Assembly (NCBI GenBank): GCA_014239265.1
Contig: JAAZZH010000001.1
Coordinates: 16,382 to 80,381 of the forward strand
Length of the DNA stretch: 64,000 nt
Origin: Actinomycetota bacterium
Lineage (GTDB): Bacteria; Actinomycetota; Acidimicrobiia; Actinomarinales; Actinomarinaceae
Direction: 5' to 3'
The notes under the pieces are model-generated. The model made no database searches and was not told the origin of the DNA. It saw only the letters and a program-made list of their open reading frames with translations. The position numbers and the translations under genes are program-made. Of the stretch, positions 32,333 to 46,855 are shown in pieces (the first letter of the stretch is position 1; the number at the start of each line of letters is the position of its first letter).

Positions 32333-33183
32333 TCAGTAGTTTTAGTAAATAAATAAGCTGACAAAATAATTACAGTTATTCCAGATATCTGTGACAAAGA
32401 TGTTGTTTCCTCTAAAAATATGTATCCAAAGATTACTGAAAATATGGGAATTATATATACAGTAATTGAACCAAAAATAGCTCCTACATCATCTATAAGC
32501 TTATAAAAAGATAGAAATGCTACTCCGCTTCCACCAATGCCTAAAATTAGAATAGATGGTAGTGAGCCTGTAAAAGTTGGAAGGAAGTATTCACTATTAA
32601 AACTAAATAAAATAAAGGAAAATAATGACGCATATCTGAGAGCCATTCTTAATGTATTTAGTGCTCCGTAAGTCTTAATAAGTGGTTGGACAAAGTTTGC
32701 AGCAAATCCATAACTTATTGATGCTAATAAAGCTAACAAGAATCCTTTGCTTAATTCAAGGTTTGCAGTCTGGAATCCAAAAGTAAGGATATAAATACCT
32801 AAAAAACCAGTAAAAAGATAAACTTTTTTAATATTTGAAATTTTCTGACGAAAAAATATAACTGCAAACATACTAATAAAAATTGGAGTCGAACCATTTA
32901 CCAGACCTGCCAAACTTGAAGTAATAGTTTTTTCAGACTCTGCAAATAAATAAAAGGGAAGTGTCATCCACAACATGCCAACTAATGCAGTGTATAGATG
33001 ATCTTTCTTAGAAAGTTTTACTTTTTCAATTCGTAATGAATTTATAAAAATCATTCCAATCAATATCCTATAAAAAGAAATTTGAAATGGATCCAGTTCT
33101 TCTAATGCAAATTTCATAAGAAGGAATGATGAACCCCACAAACTTGAAGTTAACAGTATTTGAAGATAATTTTTCAATAACAT
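32329..33183 (-). CDS. EamA/DMT family transporter
   Basis: LWGSSF, two 5-TM repeats, P.FS..FG..FL.E. Confidence 0.88.
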   Translation of the reverse strand: MLLKNYLQILLTSSLWGSSFLLMKFALEELDPFQISFYRILIGMIFINSLRIEKVKLSKKDHLYTALVGMLWMTLPFYLFAESEKTITSSLAGLVNGSTPIFISMFAVIFFRQKISNIKKVYLFTGFLGIYILTFGFQTANLELSKGFLLALLASISYGFAANFVQPLIKTYGALNTLRMALRYASLFSFILFSFNSEYFLPTFTGSLPSILILGIGGSGVAFLSFYKLIDDVGAIFGSITVYIIPIFSVIFGYIFLEETTSLSQISGITVIILSAYLFTKTTD

Positions 33184-33239
33184 CCTGGCTAAGGATAACT
33201 TAATAGAACATATACGAGACAGATAAAAATATTGAGTGA

Positions 33240-33908
33240 TTATATTTCTTGATCAGTAATAAGTATTGTTTTTTTTCTTTCGTTTATCAGTTTATTAGCA
33301 GAGGTATTTCCATTATTCATAATTGATTTAAGTATCTCCTTTTTATTATTACCTGTTACTAGTAAATAAACATTATCCACTTCTTTAAGTAGTTTAAAAG
33401 TAGCTGTTACTCTCCATTTAGAAAGGATATTTACCTCATTTGATACATAGAAATTTTCTGTATCATTAACTGCTACTGTATCAGGAAATAGTGAAGCGAT
33501 GTGACCATCCTCTCCAACACCTAGGATTACAGTATCAAAATTAGTTATATTGTTTTCAAGTTTAGATGCATATTTATTCGCATCCCTTTCTGCAGATAAA
33601 CCGGAATACTCTACTTCCAATATTTTTGCAGTACTATCAGCAAAAAATGAATTGATCATTTTTTGATTTGAATATTCATCGTCCCTAGGAACCCATCTTT
33701 CATCAACTGTCCAAAATATTATCTTCGAGAGATCTTGTATATCATTCTTTAGTAAGGAATAAGTAATTTTTGGTGTACTTCCTCCAGACAATCCAATAGT
33801 AAATGAATTCTTTTTACTCTTATTGATTTCGTTAATTATCAAATTTGATAAGCATGATGATGCCTCAAGATGATCATTAGCTTTATAAACAATTATTGAT
33901 TCTGACAT
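33240..33908 (-). CDS. pgl: 6-phosphogluconolactonase
   Basis: LSGGSTP, VDERWV, SN, LGVGEDGHIASLFP. Confidence 0.88.
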   Translation of the reverse strand: MSESIIVYKANDHLEASSCLSNLIINEINKSKKNSFTIGLSGGSTPKITYSLLKNDIQDLSKIIFWTVDERWVPRDDEYSNQKMINSFFADSTAKILEVEYSGLSAERDANKYASKLENNITNFDTVILGVGEDGHIASLFPDTVAVNDTENFYVSNEVNILSKWRVTATFKLLKEVDNVYLLVTGNNKKEILKSIMNNGNTSANKLINERKKTILITDQEI

Positions 33909-33945
33909 AAATTTATTGTTACACTTAAATCTTTAAGTAGTATCA

Positions 33946-35202
33946 ATGATAGTGGAAAAACATATAGTAATTGAAGGTAATCATCAATTAAATGGTGATA
34001 TCAAAATTAAGGGTGCAAAAAATGCCGTCTTAAAACAGATGGTGTTACCCCTTCTTGCTTCTGGAAAATATGAGATAAGCAATGTACCAAACATTACTGA
34101 TGTAACTTACATGAGAGAAGTTCTCAGTTATTTGGGGATAATGTCTTCATTTGAAGAGAGCACTCTAATTATAGATTCCCCAGAAGACATTGGAATTGAG
34201 ACGCCATATGAACTCGTACAAAAAATGAGGGCATCAATTGTTATATTGGGGCCTTTACTGGCACGTAAAGGCAAAGCTATGATCGCTTTCCCGGGCGGGG
34301 ATCAACTTGGACCAAGACCGGTGCAAATGCATCTCGATGCTCTTGAAAAAATGGGAGCTAATTTTCATCTTGAACATGGTGTATTAATCGGCGAAACAGA
34401 TGGACTCAAGGGGGTAGAAATTAATCTACCCTATGCATCCGTTGGAGCAACGGAAAACACACTTTTAGCAGCTGTTCTTGCTGAGGGTAAGACTGTAATT
34501 GAAAATGCCGCCAGAGAACCTGAAATAGTTGATATTGTAAAAATGCTAAAAAATATGGGTGCTCAAATAAGCGGTGAAGGCACAAGTGAAATTACAATTG
34601 AAGGTGTACCATCTTTAAATCCTACGAACCATGATGTTGTAGGGGATAGGGTTGTAGCAGGTACGTTTATTGCTGCTTTAGCGTCTACGGGTGGATCGGG
34701 TTCTATTATTGGAATTAATGAGAACACTCTACCTATGGAAATTAAAAAGTTTCAGGAAATGGGCCTAAATATAAATATCAATGATAATTCACTAACAGTT
34801 GAATCTACAAATAATTACAATGCAATTGAATTTTCAACATTACCATTCCCTGGAGTTGCAACCGATTTACAGCCAATATTTGGAGCTGCATTATTGAAAG
34901 CTGAAGGAACGTCAATTATAACCGAGAATGTTTACGATCAGCGCTTCCAGTGGATTCCAGAAGTTCAAAGGATGGGTTCTAATATTCAAACTGGTTGGCA
35001 ACATGCAATGATAAGGGGCGTTAAAAATCTATCAGGTGCACCAGTAAATTCAACCGATATAAGAACCGGGGCAAGTTTAATTATTGCTGCCCTCCAAGCC
35101 GAAGGTGAATCTCAAATTACTGGAGTAGATCATATAGATCGGGGTTATGAAGATATTGTTTCAACATTAGACTCGATTGGCGCAGTTATAGAATATAATT
35201 AG
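33946..35202 (+). CDS. murA: UDP-N-acetylglucosamine 1-carboxyvinyltransferase
   Basis: GAKNA, MRAS, PGGDQLGPRPV, SVGATEN, AAREPE, FPGVATDLQP, HIDRGYE. Confidence 0.95.
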   Translation: MIVEKHIVIEGNHQLNGDIKIKGAKNAVLKQMVLPLLASGKYEISNVPNITDVTYMREVLSYLGIMSSFEESTLIIDSPEDIGIETPYELVQKMRASIVILGPLLARKGKAMIAFPGGDQLGPRPVQMHLDALEKMGANFHLEHGVLIGETDGLKGVEINLPYASVGATENTLLAAVLAEGKTVIENAAREPEIVDIVKMLKNMGAQISGEGTSEITIEGVPSLNPTNHDVVGDRVVAGTFIAALASTGGSGSIIGINENTLPMEIKKFQEMGLNININDNSLTVESTNNYNAIEFSTLPFPGVATDLQPIFGAALLKAEGTSIITENVYDQRFQWIPEVQRMGSNIQTGWQHAMIRGVKNLSGAPVNSTDIRTGASLIIAALQAEGESQITGVDHIDRGYEDIVSTLDSIGAVIEYN

Positions 35203-35205
35203 ATT

Positions 35206-35487
35206 ATGGAAAATCAAGACAATATAAATTTTCCTTCTCCGAAGGTCAGAGAAGAACAAGTAGACATTGATCTCGACATTTTGAATGAGACAATTGAATA
35301 CATACGTCCAGCTGTTCAAGCTGATGGAGGAGACATTAAATTAGCTTCAGTAGATAATGGTGTTGTAAATATTGAGATGCTTGGCGCTTGTGTTGGTTGC
35401 CCTTTATCAATAGCTACTTTAAAGAGTGGAATAGAAAGAATTCTTAAAGAAAAAGTACCCGGTGTTGAGGAAGTTATTGCCTCTTAG
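35206..35487 (+). CDS. NifU/Nfu C-terminal-domain Fe-S carrier
   Basis: IRPAVQADGGD, GACVGCP (CxxC), TLKSGIE. Confidence 0.9.
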   Translation: MENQDNINFPSPKVREEQVDIDLDILNETIEYIRPAVQADGGDIKLASVDNGVVNIEMLGACVGCPLSIATLKSGIERILKEKVPGVEEVIAS

Positions 35488-36122
35488 GTATTTGTCGTTC
35501 CTACAATACTTGTATATAAATTCAATCCGAAAAGTAAATTATTCTCAATTAATGGCTCAAGAATATATCGAACATTATTTTTAGTAACGCTACCAGCTAA
35601 CTGTTTAGGATTGGAGAGTTCTTCATATAGGCCGAGATTGTTTAGTATATTTTCTCTATCCTCTTTTTCCAATGTTTCATCTGAAAGTGCAATAACAATT
35701 AAGAAAAAAAGTTTTGATTGTTGAGAATTAATTTCGTCTTTTGAGGTAGGAGCAAAAAACTCAATTTGTGTGACAGTATTATTTTCTTTATTTACTTTTA
35801 AATTGATTACAAAAACAGTTTGAGGATTTTCAAGATTTCCAAATTCGTAATACAAAGTATCTTTGTCCAAACTTGTCCATTTAACTTCGTCTGGATTCAT
35901 AGAGAAGAAGTCGTTTGTTTGCTCATCCTCTGCAATAGAAGAAACTAATTTATTCCAGTTAGAAACAAATATTTCTGAAGTTTTACCCAAGCCCTTTGAG
36001 ATAATAAGTTCACTCTGTTCATTGTTATCTGTATTTTCCACAGTCGACGCTTCTTCAGAACTACAACCTGTAAACATTAATAAAACTACTGATACAAAAG
36101 CTACTTTATTTTTCATTTTCAA
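35484..36122 (-). CDS. Hypothetical lipoprotein
   Basis: Basic N-terminus, hydrophobic core, lipobox FTGC. Confidence 0.7.
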   Translation of the reverse strand: MKMKNKVAFVSVVLLMFTGCSSEEASTVENTDNNEQSELIISKGLGKTSEIFVSNWNKLVSSIAEDEQTNDFFSMNPDEVKWTSLDKDTLYYEFGNLENPQTVFVINLKVNKENNTVTQIEFFAPTSKDEINSQQSKLFFLIVIALSDETLEKEDRENILNNLGLYEELSNPKQLAGSVTKNNVRYILEPLIENNLLFGLNLYTSIVGTTNT

Positions 36123-36552
36123 ATAAATCCTTTAACCCTCTTAGATTATTTTTCCAGATTATTTTTAAAACAGGGGCTCCAAAAAATTCTCCTATTGGTC
36201 CAGCTAAATAAATTGGAAATTTCAATGTTTCTTTCCATGTGAATTTTGTCTGTTCACCACTTAATTCCTCTAATATAAACTTACCTTTACCGGTGACAAT
36301 ACCAACATGATCTACTCCTATTGATTTTTTATCAATCCATTCAGTAACTGTCATATAGTCAAATAATTTAATTGGACCTACTTTTGTTAATACTTTCATT
36401 TTGGTACCTAGGCCTTGTGTTTTTTCATCCAAAAACTCAATGTTTACAGCATCTTTCATCCAGTTTGTATGATTTTTAAGGATAGATACTTCATTCCAGA
36501 CGTCATTAAGAGATCTGTCGATAATTGTTGATACACTAATTGTTTTACTCAT
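36106..36552 (-). CDS. SRPBCC/START-like family protein
   Basis: 148 aa; VW.......WM.D, GTKM, G.G.F.L....T.F.W.E pattern. Confidence 0.78.
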   Translation of the reverse strand: MSKTISVSTIIDRSLNDVWNEVSILKNHTNWMKDAVNIEFLDEKTQGLGTKMKVLTKVGPIKLFDYMTVTEWIDKKSIGVDHVGIVTGKGKFILEELSGEQTKFTWKETLKFPIYLAGPIGEFFGAPVLKIIWKNNLRGLKDLFENEK

Positions 36553-36594
36553 TGTCTGTTAAACAATATTACTTCATAAGTAGAATAAATAAAT

Positions 36595-37739
36595 ATGAAA
36601 AAAAATGAATATCTTTATTTAGACCATGCTGCTTCTACTCCCATGCGAGATGTTGCATTTGAAGCATATAAAAAAACTGAGGTAGAGGCCTTCGCAAACT
36701 CAGCAGGCGGTCATGCGCTTTCAAGAAAAGCAAAAAATATTCTTGAAGATTCACGTGATAATATTGCTGGTCATTTCGGTGTAGCCCCAAAAGAGATAAC
36801 ATTTACAAGTGGTGGTACCGAAGCTGATAATTGGATAATTAAAATGCCGTTTATCAACAATAAAAATAATAGTGCAGAATTAGTTACTTCTGAAATTGAG
36901 CACGAAGCTGTTCTTGCTTCTGCGGAATGGGTTGAGTCTTTAGGGTACAGAGTAAATTTAGTGCCATGTAACAACAGAGGCGTAATAGAAACTCAAGATG
37001 TTTTAGAAGCTGTAAATTCAAACACAGAAATTGTATCGATAATGTTAGCTAATAATGAGACAGGAATAATACAACCAGTCAAGGAAATATCACAAGGCTT
37101 AAAAGCTTTAAATTTTAAACCAATATTTCATTCTGATGTTGTTCAAGCGGTTGCTACCACTAAATTAGACTTTCATAACTTAGGTATCCAAAGTGCAGCT
37201 ATATCTGGTCACAAAATTGGAGGACCAAAAGGAATAGGAATTATGTTTTTAAGTTCCGAAGTAAAACTTCCTAGTTTTCTTCATGGAGGGAAGCAGGAAC
37301 TTGAAAGAAGAGCAGGTACTGTGAACGTATCTGGTGTAGCAAGTTTATCAGCTGCATTAGATGAGCAGCAAAAAAATATGATTTCTCAAAATCAGAAAAT
37401 ACTCAATGAACGTCAAGAATTTGAAGAAATCCTTAAAAATTCTCTAGATATTATTGTTTTAGGTGATGATATTGATCGATTGGAACATATCTCAAATATT
37501 CAATTTAAAGGCATCAACTCTGAGACTCTAATGGTTTCTCTTGACCTCCAGGGATTAGGCGTTTCCAGAGGCTCTGCTTGTGCTAGCGGTGCTCAGAAAC
37601 CTTCACATGTGCTTAAAGCAATGAAAATATCCAATGATGTTATTAACAGCCATTTGAGATTCAGTTTTGGTTGGAATAGTAAAAAGGGAGATGGTGTCCA
37701 TGCTGCTGAGATAGTTATGGCTTCAATAGAGGGTATGAA

Positions 37740-37743
<4 letters not shown>
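36595..37743 (+). CDS. iscS: Cysteine desulfurase (IscS/NifS type)
   Basis: YLDHAASTP, FTSGGTEA, ANNETG, SGHKIGGPKG (PLP Lys), GSAC. Confidence 0.9.
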
Positions 37744-41280
<3,537 letters not shown>

Positions 41281-41325
41281 ACACTAAAATATTATCTAAT
41301 AACTGAAAAGAGACCAATACAAATT

Positions 41326-42132
41326 ATGGAAAATTTTAAGGATAAAATCGAAAAAATAGACATCAATAATGTAACAGCAAGTGATGTCACAGTAATTGAG
41401 AGTGTAATTCAACTATTAGACAATGGAAAAATTAGAGTTGCAGAACCTATTGAAAATGACTGGTTCGTTAATGAATGGGTCAAAACTGCGATTCTATATT
41501 ACTTCTCAGTAAAAAAACTAGAAATCATTGAGTCTGGTGAATTGGAATATTACGACAAGATTGCACCTAAAAAAAATTATGAAGAATTAAAGATTAGGGT
41601 AGTTCCACCGGGCGTTGTTCGGTATGGAGGTTTTTGCGAACCGGGAGTTGTTGTTATGCCAGGTTTTGTAAATATAGGAGCTTACGTTGGCTCTGGAACA
41701 ATGGTTGATACATGGGCCACTGTTGGTTCCTGTGCTCAAATTGGTAGAAATGTACATTTGTCGGGGGGAGTTGGAATTGGAGGAGTACTAGAGCCACCTA
41801 GTGCAATGCCAGTAATCATTGAGGATGGTGCATTTATCGGATCTAGGTCAATCATTGTAGAAGGAGTCAAAATTGAAAAAGGTGCGGTTATTGGTGCAAA
41901 TGTAACCATTACAGGTACAACTCCGATTATTGACGTGACTGGTGAGGAACCAAAAGAATACAAGGGATTTGTACCTGAGAACTCAGTGGTAATACCAGGA
42001 ACACGACCTAAAGTATTTCCAAGTGGAGAATTTAATACTCCATGTGCGTTAATAATCGGGAAACGAAAAGAATCAACAAATCAGAAAACATCCCTTAATG
42101 ATGCTTTAAGGACATTTGGAGTTCAAGTTTGA
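41326..42132 (+). CDS. dapD: Tetrahydrodipicolinate N-succinyltransferase
   Basis: WFVNEWVK, YYDKI, VNIGAYV, TMVDTWATVGSCAQIG, GGVLEP. Confidence 0.93.
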   Translation: MENFKDKIEKIDINNVTASDVTVIESVIQLLDNGKIRVAEPIENDWFVNEWVKTAILYYFSVKKLEIIESGELEYYDKIAPKKNYEELKIRVVPPGVVRYGGFCEPGVVVMPGFVNIGAYVGSGTMVDTWATVGSCAQIGRNVHLSGGVGIGGVLEPPSAMPVIIEDGAFIGSRSIIVEGVKIEKGAVIGANVTITGTTPIIDVTGEEPKEYKGFVPENSVVIPGTRPKVFPSGEFNTPCALIIGKRKESTNQKTSLNDALRTFGVQV

Positions 42133-43166
42133 AGTTAGATAAATTAACAAAAGAGTTAATTGCTATAAAATCTGTAACTGGTGATGAGAATAAAATACTA
42201 GATTTCATAGAGAACCATTTAATAAAATCAGACTTTTCAGGTGAAATCATTAGAAATGATGGAGGAATAATAGCCCATTATCCATCTTCAAATTCCAACA
42301 TTGCACTCGTTGGACATGTCGATACGGTACCAATTGACCCAACCCAGGTATTTATTGAAGACTCCTCAAAGGTCTATGGAAGAGGCTCAGTTGACATGAA
42401 AGCTGGAATTGCCATTATGTTACAAGTTTTAACGAGTAATTTCGAGAACATTGTTGCCGTTTTTTATACAGCAGAAGAAGGACCAATGGTAAATAATGGA
42501 CTTAAATTATTAATGCCAATTTTAAAAAATGATTTCAATTTAGAATTTGCCATAATACTAGAACCAACAAATGGAGAAGTTCAACTAGGTTGTCTCGGAT
42601 CTGTAAATGCTGATCTTCAGATAGAGGGAAAGTCATCTCATTCAGCAAGGCCATGGATGGGTGAGAATCCAATATTAAAATTGTCAGAAGTAATTGGATT
42701 TATTAATCAAAACCAAATAGAAGAGCATATCATCGATGGTTTACTTTTTAAACAAATTATTACAGCTACGACTATATCAGGTGGTTCAGCTAACAATGTT
42801 ATTCCTTCACACGTAAACTTAAATATAAACTTTAGGTTTTTGCCAACACAAAACGAAGCCGAAGCCTCCAAATTTTTAGCTGATACATTTGCGAAATATG
42901 GAGCTATCAAAATAAAAAATTCTTCAAATGGTGCATTACCAAATCTTGAATCCCAGAAAGTTAAAGATTTCATAAAAATTACAGGTGCAGATGTTACCCC
43001 AAAACAGGCTTGGACTGATATAGCAAGATTTTCACAAGAAAATATACCAGCTGTAAATTATGGACCCGGAGATCCTCTGCTTGCCCATTCCCCAGATGAA
43101 TTTGTTAATACGAATCAAATAGTAGAATCATATGAGTCAATCGTTAGGTACTTAAAAGGTTTTTGA
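42129..43166 (+). CDS. dapE: Succinyl-diaminopimelate desuccinylase
   Basis: GHVDTVP, GRGSVDMK, EE, HSARPW, WTD, GPGDP..AH; follows dapD. Confidence 0.88.
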   Translation: MKLDKLTKELIAIKSVTGDENKILDFIENHLIKSDFSGEIIRNDGGIIAHYPSSNSNIALVGHVDTVPIDPTQVFIEDSSKVYGRGSVDMKAGIAIMLQVLTSNFENIVAVFYTAEEGPMVNNGLKLLMPILKNDFNLEFAIILEPTNGEVQLGCLGSVNADLQIEGKSSHSARPWMGENPILKLSEVIGFINQNQIEEHIIDGLLFKQIITATTISGGSANNVIPSHVNLNINFRFLPTQNEAEASKFLADTFAKYGAIKIKNSSNGALPNLESQKVKDFIKITGADVTPKQAWTDIARFSQENIPAVNYGPGDPLLAHSPDEFVNTNQIVESYESIVRYLKGF

Positions 43167-43167
43167 A

Positions 43168-43452
43168 ATGGCAGACAAAATAGATATTAAAAATGTTGCT
43201 AAATTGGCATCAATCAAACTTAATCAGGAAGAAGAAGATAGATTAGAGAGTGATCTTTCTATGATAATCGAACATTTCGATGCATTAAGCAAAATGGATT
43301 TACCAGATGATAAAATCAGCATTCATCCACTTGGTATGTCATTAAACTTAGCAGAAGATATTGCATCTAAATCACTTACTCATAAAGAAGCTTTAAGTAA
43401 TGCACCAGAATCCAAAGATGGTCAATTTGTTGTCCCACCCTCATTGGACTAA
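43168..43452 (+). CDS. gatC: Asp/Glu-tRNA amidotransferase subunit C
   Basis: VAKLASI, LSNAP...DGQFVVP; precedes gatA. Confidence 0.9.
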   Translation: MADKIDIKNVAKLASIKLNQEEEDRLESDLSMIIEHFDALSKMDLPDDKISIHPLGMSLNLAEDIASKSLTHKEALSNAPESKDGQFVVPPSLD

Positions 43453-43454
43453 TA

Positions 43455-44909
43455 ATGGCTAACTATAAACTTCCGATTTCACAAATAAATCAATTATTCA
43501 AAAATAAAGAACTTAAACCCTCCGAACTTTATGCTGAGACCTTTGAACGAGCTGCTATCACCGAATCTATTATTCACGGTCACTTAGAACTGTTTCAAGA
43601 AGAAAATCTTAAAAAAGCGCTCAATTCAGATAAGCGTTACGAAAAAGGTAAAAATTTAGGAAATCTTGACGGTATTCCAATTGCAATTAAGGATAATATT
43701 AATATTTCAGGATATGCAACTACTTGTTCATCAAAAATGTTATCAAATTACATTTCTCCATATGATGCAACGGTAATCACAAGACTAAAAAATGAAGGTG
43801 CTTTATTTACTGGAAAGACCAACTTAGATGAATTCGCCATGGGTTCTTCAACTGAAAATTCAGCTTTTGGTCCAACAAAAAATCCCTGGGATACATCAAG
43901 AGTTCCAGGTGGATCCTCAGGAGGTTCTGCTGCAGTTGTATCAGCTGGATCAGCTATTGCATCTCTAGGAAGTGATACGGGAGGTTCCATTAGGCAACCT
44001 GCATCATTTTGCGGAGTTGTTGGATTTAAACCAACTTATGGAACAGTTTCACGATTTGGATTGGTCGCATTTGCATCATCTTTAGATCAAATAGGCCCAA
44101 TAACAAATCATGTTGAAGATGCAAGGTTAATTTTTAATTCTATGAAAGGTCATGACCCGTCTGATGCAACTTCGTTAATAGAAAGTAAAGCTAAACAACC
44201 AAAATTAAAAAATGCAAAAATAGGGATCATTAAAGAGCTTATGGAAGATGGTATATCTGAAGATGCCAAAAAAGAAGTTCACAAAGTTGCTAAATTGCTA
44301 GAGGCAGAAGGTCACGAAATTGTTGAAGTTTCTCTTCCTTTGACGAAAATGTCTATCAGTATTTATTACCTAATTGCTCCTGCTGAGTGTTCAGCAAACC
44401 TCTCTAGATTTGATGGCGTAAGATATGGAAACAGAGTTTCAGGCAGCACAAGTTCAGAGATGATGGAGCTTACTCGTGCTAATGGTTTTGGACCAGAAGT
44501 TAAAAAGAGAATACTGTTAGGAACGTACGCTCTGTCTGCTGGATATTATGATGCCTATTACGGCCAAGCATTAAAAGCTAGATCGATGATGAAAAAAGAA
44601 TTTACAGATGTTTATGAAGATGTTGATTATCTAATATCTCCAACAACTCCTTCAGACCCATTTAAGTTTGGAGAAAAATCTGATAATCAATTAGAGATGT
44701 ATATGTCAGATTTATGCACAATCCCGGCCAACTTAGTAGGCATGCCAGCAATAAGTATCCCAACTGGCCTATCTTCACAGGGACTCCCTCTGTCTGTTCA
44801 AATAATGAGTCCTTCAAATACTGATAATACATTATTAGATTTTTCTGAATCTCTTGAGTCATTAGTAGCATTCAGCGATAAACCAGTAATTAACGGAGTT
44901 GTTTCTTGA
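43455..44909 (+). CDS. gatA: Asp/Glu-tRNA amidotransferase subunit A
   Basis: GKTNLDEFAMGSSTE, PGGSSGGSAA, GSDTGGSIRQPAS. Confidence 0.97.
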   Translation: MANYKLPISQINQLFKNKELKPSELYAETFERAAITESIIHGHLELFQEENLKKALNSDKRYEKGKNLGNLDGIPIAIKDNINISGYATTCSSKMLSNYISPYDATVITRLKNEGALFTGKTNLDEFAMGSSTENSAFGPTKNPWDTSRVPGGSSGGSAAVVSAGSAIASLGSDTGGSIRQPASFCGVVGFKPTYGTVSRFGLVAFASSLDQIGPITNHVEDARLIFNSMKGHDPSDATSLIESKAKQPKLKNAKIGIIKELMEDGISEDAKKEVHKVAKLLEAEGHEIVEVSLPLTKMSISIYYLIAPAECSANLSRFDGVRYGNRVSGSTSSEMMELTRANGFGPEVKKRILLGTYALSAGYYDAYYGQALKARSMMKKEFTDVYEDVDYLISPTTPSDPFKFGEKSDNQLEMYMSDLCTIPANLVGMPAISIPTGLSSQGLPLSVQIMSPSNTDNTLLDFSESLESLVAFSDKPVINGVVS

Positions 44910-46351
44910 GTATTATCCCAACGATAGGAATGGAAACCCATGTGGAGTTGAAAACAAATTCTAAAATGTTTTGTAGGTGCCATGTTCTTGATACAGAATC
45001 ACCAAATGAAAGTTTATGTCCAACTTGTTTGGGTTTACCAGGTTCCTTACCTGTCCCAAACAAAAAAGCTATTGAGTTTATAACCCTTTTAGCATTAAGT
45101 ACTAATTGCAGTATCACGAATGATGGAATGTTTCACAGGAAAAACTACTTTTATCCAGATTTGCCTAAAAACTACCAAATTTCACAATTCGACCTACCCG
45201 TTGGAATAGAAGGTTCCCTAGAAATTGTTGTAGATGGTGAATTCGGAACTGTTGAAATTGAACGCGTACACATGGAAGAAGACACAGGTAAAAGCACACA
45301 TATTGGTTCTGGACGAATTGACTCTGCTACTAGTACACACCTTGACTTTAATAGAGCAGGTATACCATTAGTTGAAGTTGTGACAAAACCATTGATTAAA
45401 TCTTCCAAGGAGGCAGTTGCCTATATAGAGGAACTCCGACAGCTAGTAATCGATTTGGACATATCAGAAGGAAAGTTAGAAAAAGGTAACTTAAGGTTTG
45501 ATGCAAACATATCTGTTGCACATGAAGGGGATAAGGAGCTCGGGACAAAAGTCGAAATAAAAAATATGAACTCTCTTAAATCCTTAGAGAAAGCTATCGA
45601 GTATGAAATATCACGACAAACAAAAATGTTAATTGATAAAGAAAATATTATTCAAGAAACTCGTCACTGGGATGAGAAAAAAGAAGTAACAAGTTCAATG
45701 AGATCTAAAGAGGGAAGTGCAGACTATAGATATTTTTCAGATCCAGATATTCCAAATATGATCCTAAGTAATGATTTTGTAAATGAAGTTAAAAAAACAA
45801 TTCCAGAGTTACCGTCACAAAAAAGAAAAATGTTTATTGAGACTGGTTTAAGCATAGAAGATGCCAACAATCTTGGAAAAAATACAAAATGGATTGGTGA
45901 TTTATACAAGAGTATTACCGAGATTACAGGTGATTCTAAATCTTCATTCAACTGGGTAACTGGAGAGCTTCAGGGGCAGCTGAGAAAATTAGAAATAACA
46001 CACCTTCCTAATTGGGTAACAGCAAAAAATCTTAGTGAAATAATATTTCTTGTTAAAGAAGATAAAATCTCTTTCACATCTGGTAAAGAAATACTTGCAA
46101 ACTTAATTGAACAGGAAATAGTCCCTGAACAATTTGCTATCGAAAATAATCTGATTCAAGAAAATAACATAGAAGAAATAAGCAAAATTGTAGAGGAAGT
46201 CATTGAAAAAAATTCAGAAGTTTTAGAACGTATTGCAAATGGAGAAGAAAAGTTGATAGGTTTTTTAGTTGGGCAGATTATAAAAATTTCAAATGGTCAA
46301 GTTAACGCATCAGTTGCAAAAGAACTATTACTTAAAGAGATAAGTTCATAA
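44906..46351 (+). CDS. gatB: Asp/Glu-tRNA amidotransferase subunit B
   Basis: IGMETHVEL, RKNYFYPDLPKNYQISQ, HMEEDTGK, DFNRAGIPLVE, DYRYF. Confidence 0.97.
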   Translation: MSIIPTIGMETHVELKTNSKMFCRCHVLDTESPNESLCPTCLGLPGSLPVPNKKAIEFITLLALSTNCSITNDGMFHRKNYFYPDLPKNYQISQFDLPVGIEGSLEIVVDGEFGTVEIERVHMEEDTGKSTHIGSGRIDSATSTHLDFNRAGIPLVEVVTKPLIKSSKEAVAYIEELRQLVIDLDISEGKLEKGNLRFDANISVAHEGDKELGTKVEIKNMNSLKSLEKAIEYEISRQTKMLIDKENIIQETRHWDEKKEVTSSMRSKEGSADYRYFSDPDIPNMILSNDFVNEVKKTIPELPSQKRKMFIETGLSIEDANNLGKNTKWIGDLYKSITEITGDSKSSFNWVTGELQGQLRKLEITHLPNWVTAKNLSEIIFLVKEDKISFTSGKEILANLIEQEIVPEQFAIENNLIQENNIEEISKIVEEVIEKNSEVLERIANGEEKLIGFLVGQIIKISNGQVNASVAKELLLKEISS

Positions 46352-46793
46352 TCTGATTAACTATTACACCCCCAAGCAAACCAAAACCTCCAGCAGCTAA
46401 ATCATCATAAAGAACGCCCTTTTTCCCTGGAATTTCTTCCATTTGAGCAACTATTTTGGGGGTTTTTAAAATATCTGATGCTCTAAATATTATAAATCCT
46501 GTTAAAAGAGGTAATAATTCTGATGGAGAAGCTAATGAAGCAAAACTCATACCTACTATTTCATCTAAAGTTATCCAACTAGGATCATTTGAAGCTGTAA
46601 TGTCATCAACTGAAAAAAAATATATAATTGTTAAAGAAATAAAAATTATTAATAACCAAATTGTTTCTAACTGTAAAAAGTATATGATTGCAACAAAAAC
46701 TAAAGACGCAAAAGAACCTCCGCCTTTTTTTTCTCCAAAAAAAGTTCTCCAAAAGATACCAGCACCAAATCCTGAAGCTATAAAAGTTTTCAT
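46332..46793 (-). CDS. pgpA: Phosphatidylglycerophosphatase A-like protein
   Basis: DPSWITLDEIVG, FRASDILK, G.GVLYDDLAAG. Confidence 0.8.
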   Translation of the reverse strand: MKTFIASGFGAGIFWRTFFGEKKGGGSFASLVFVAIIYFLQLETIWLLIIFISLTIIYFFSVDDITASNDPSWITLDEIVGMSFASLASPSELLPLLTGFIIFRASDILKTPKIVAQMEEIPGKKGVLYDDLAAGGFGLLGGVIVNQIMNLSL

Positions 46794-46855
46794 ATTTGAA
46801 TAATAGTATTTTTTATGGCTTCATTGAATAAAAGGTGTAGTATTTGTAATTAATA

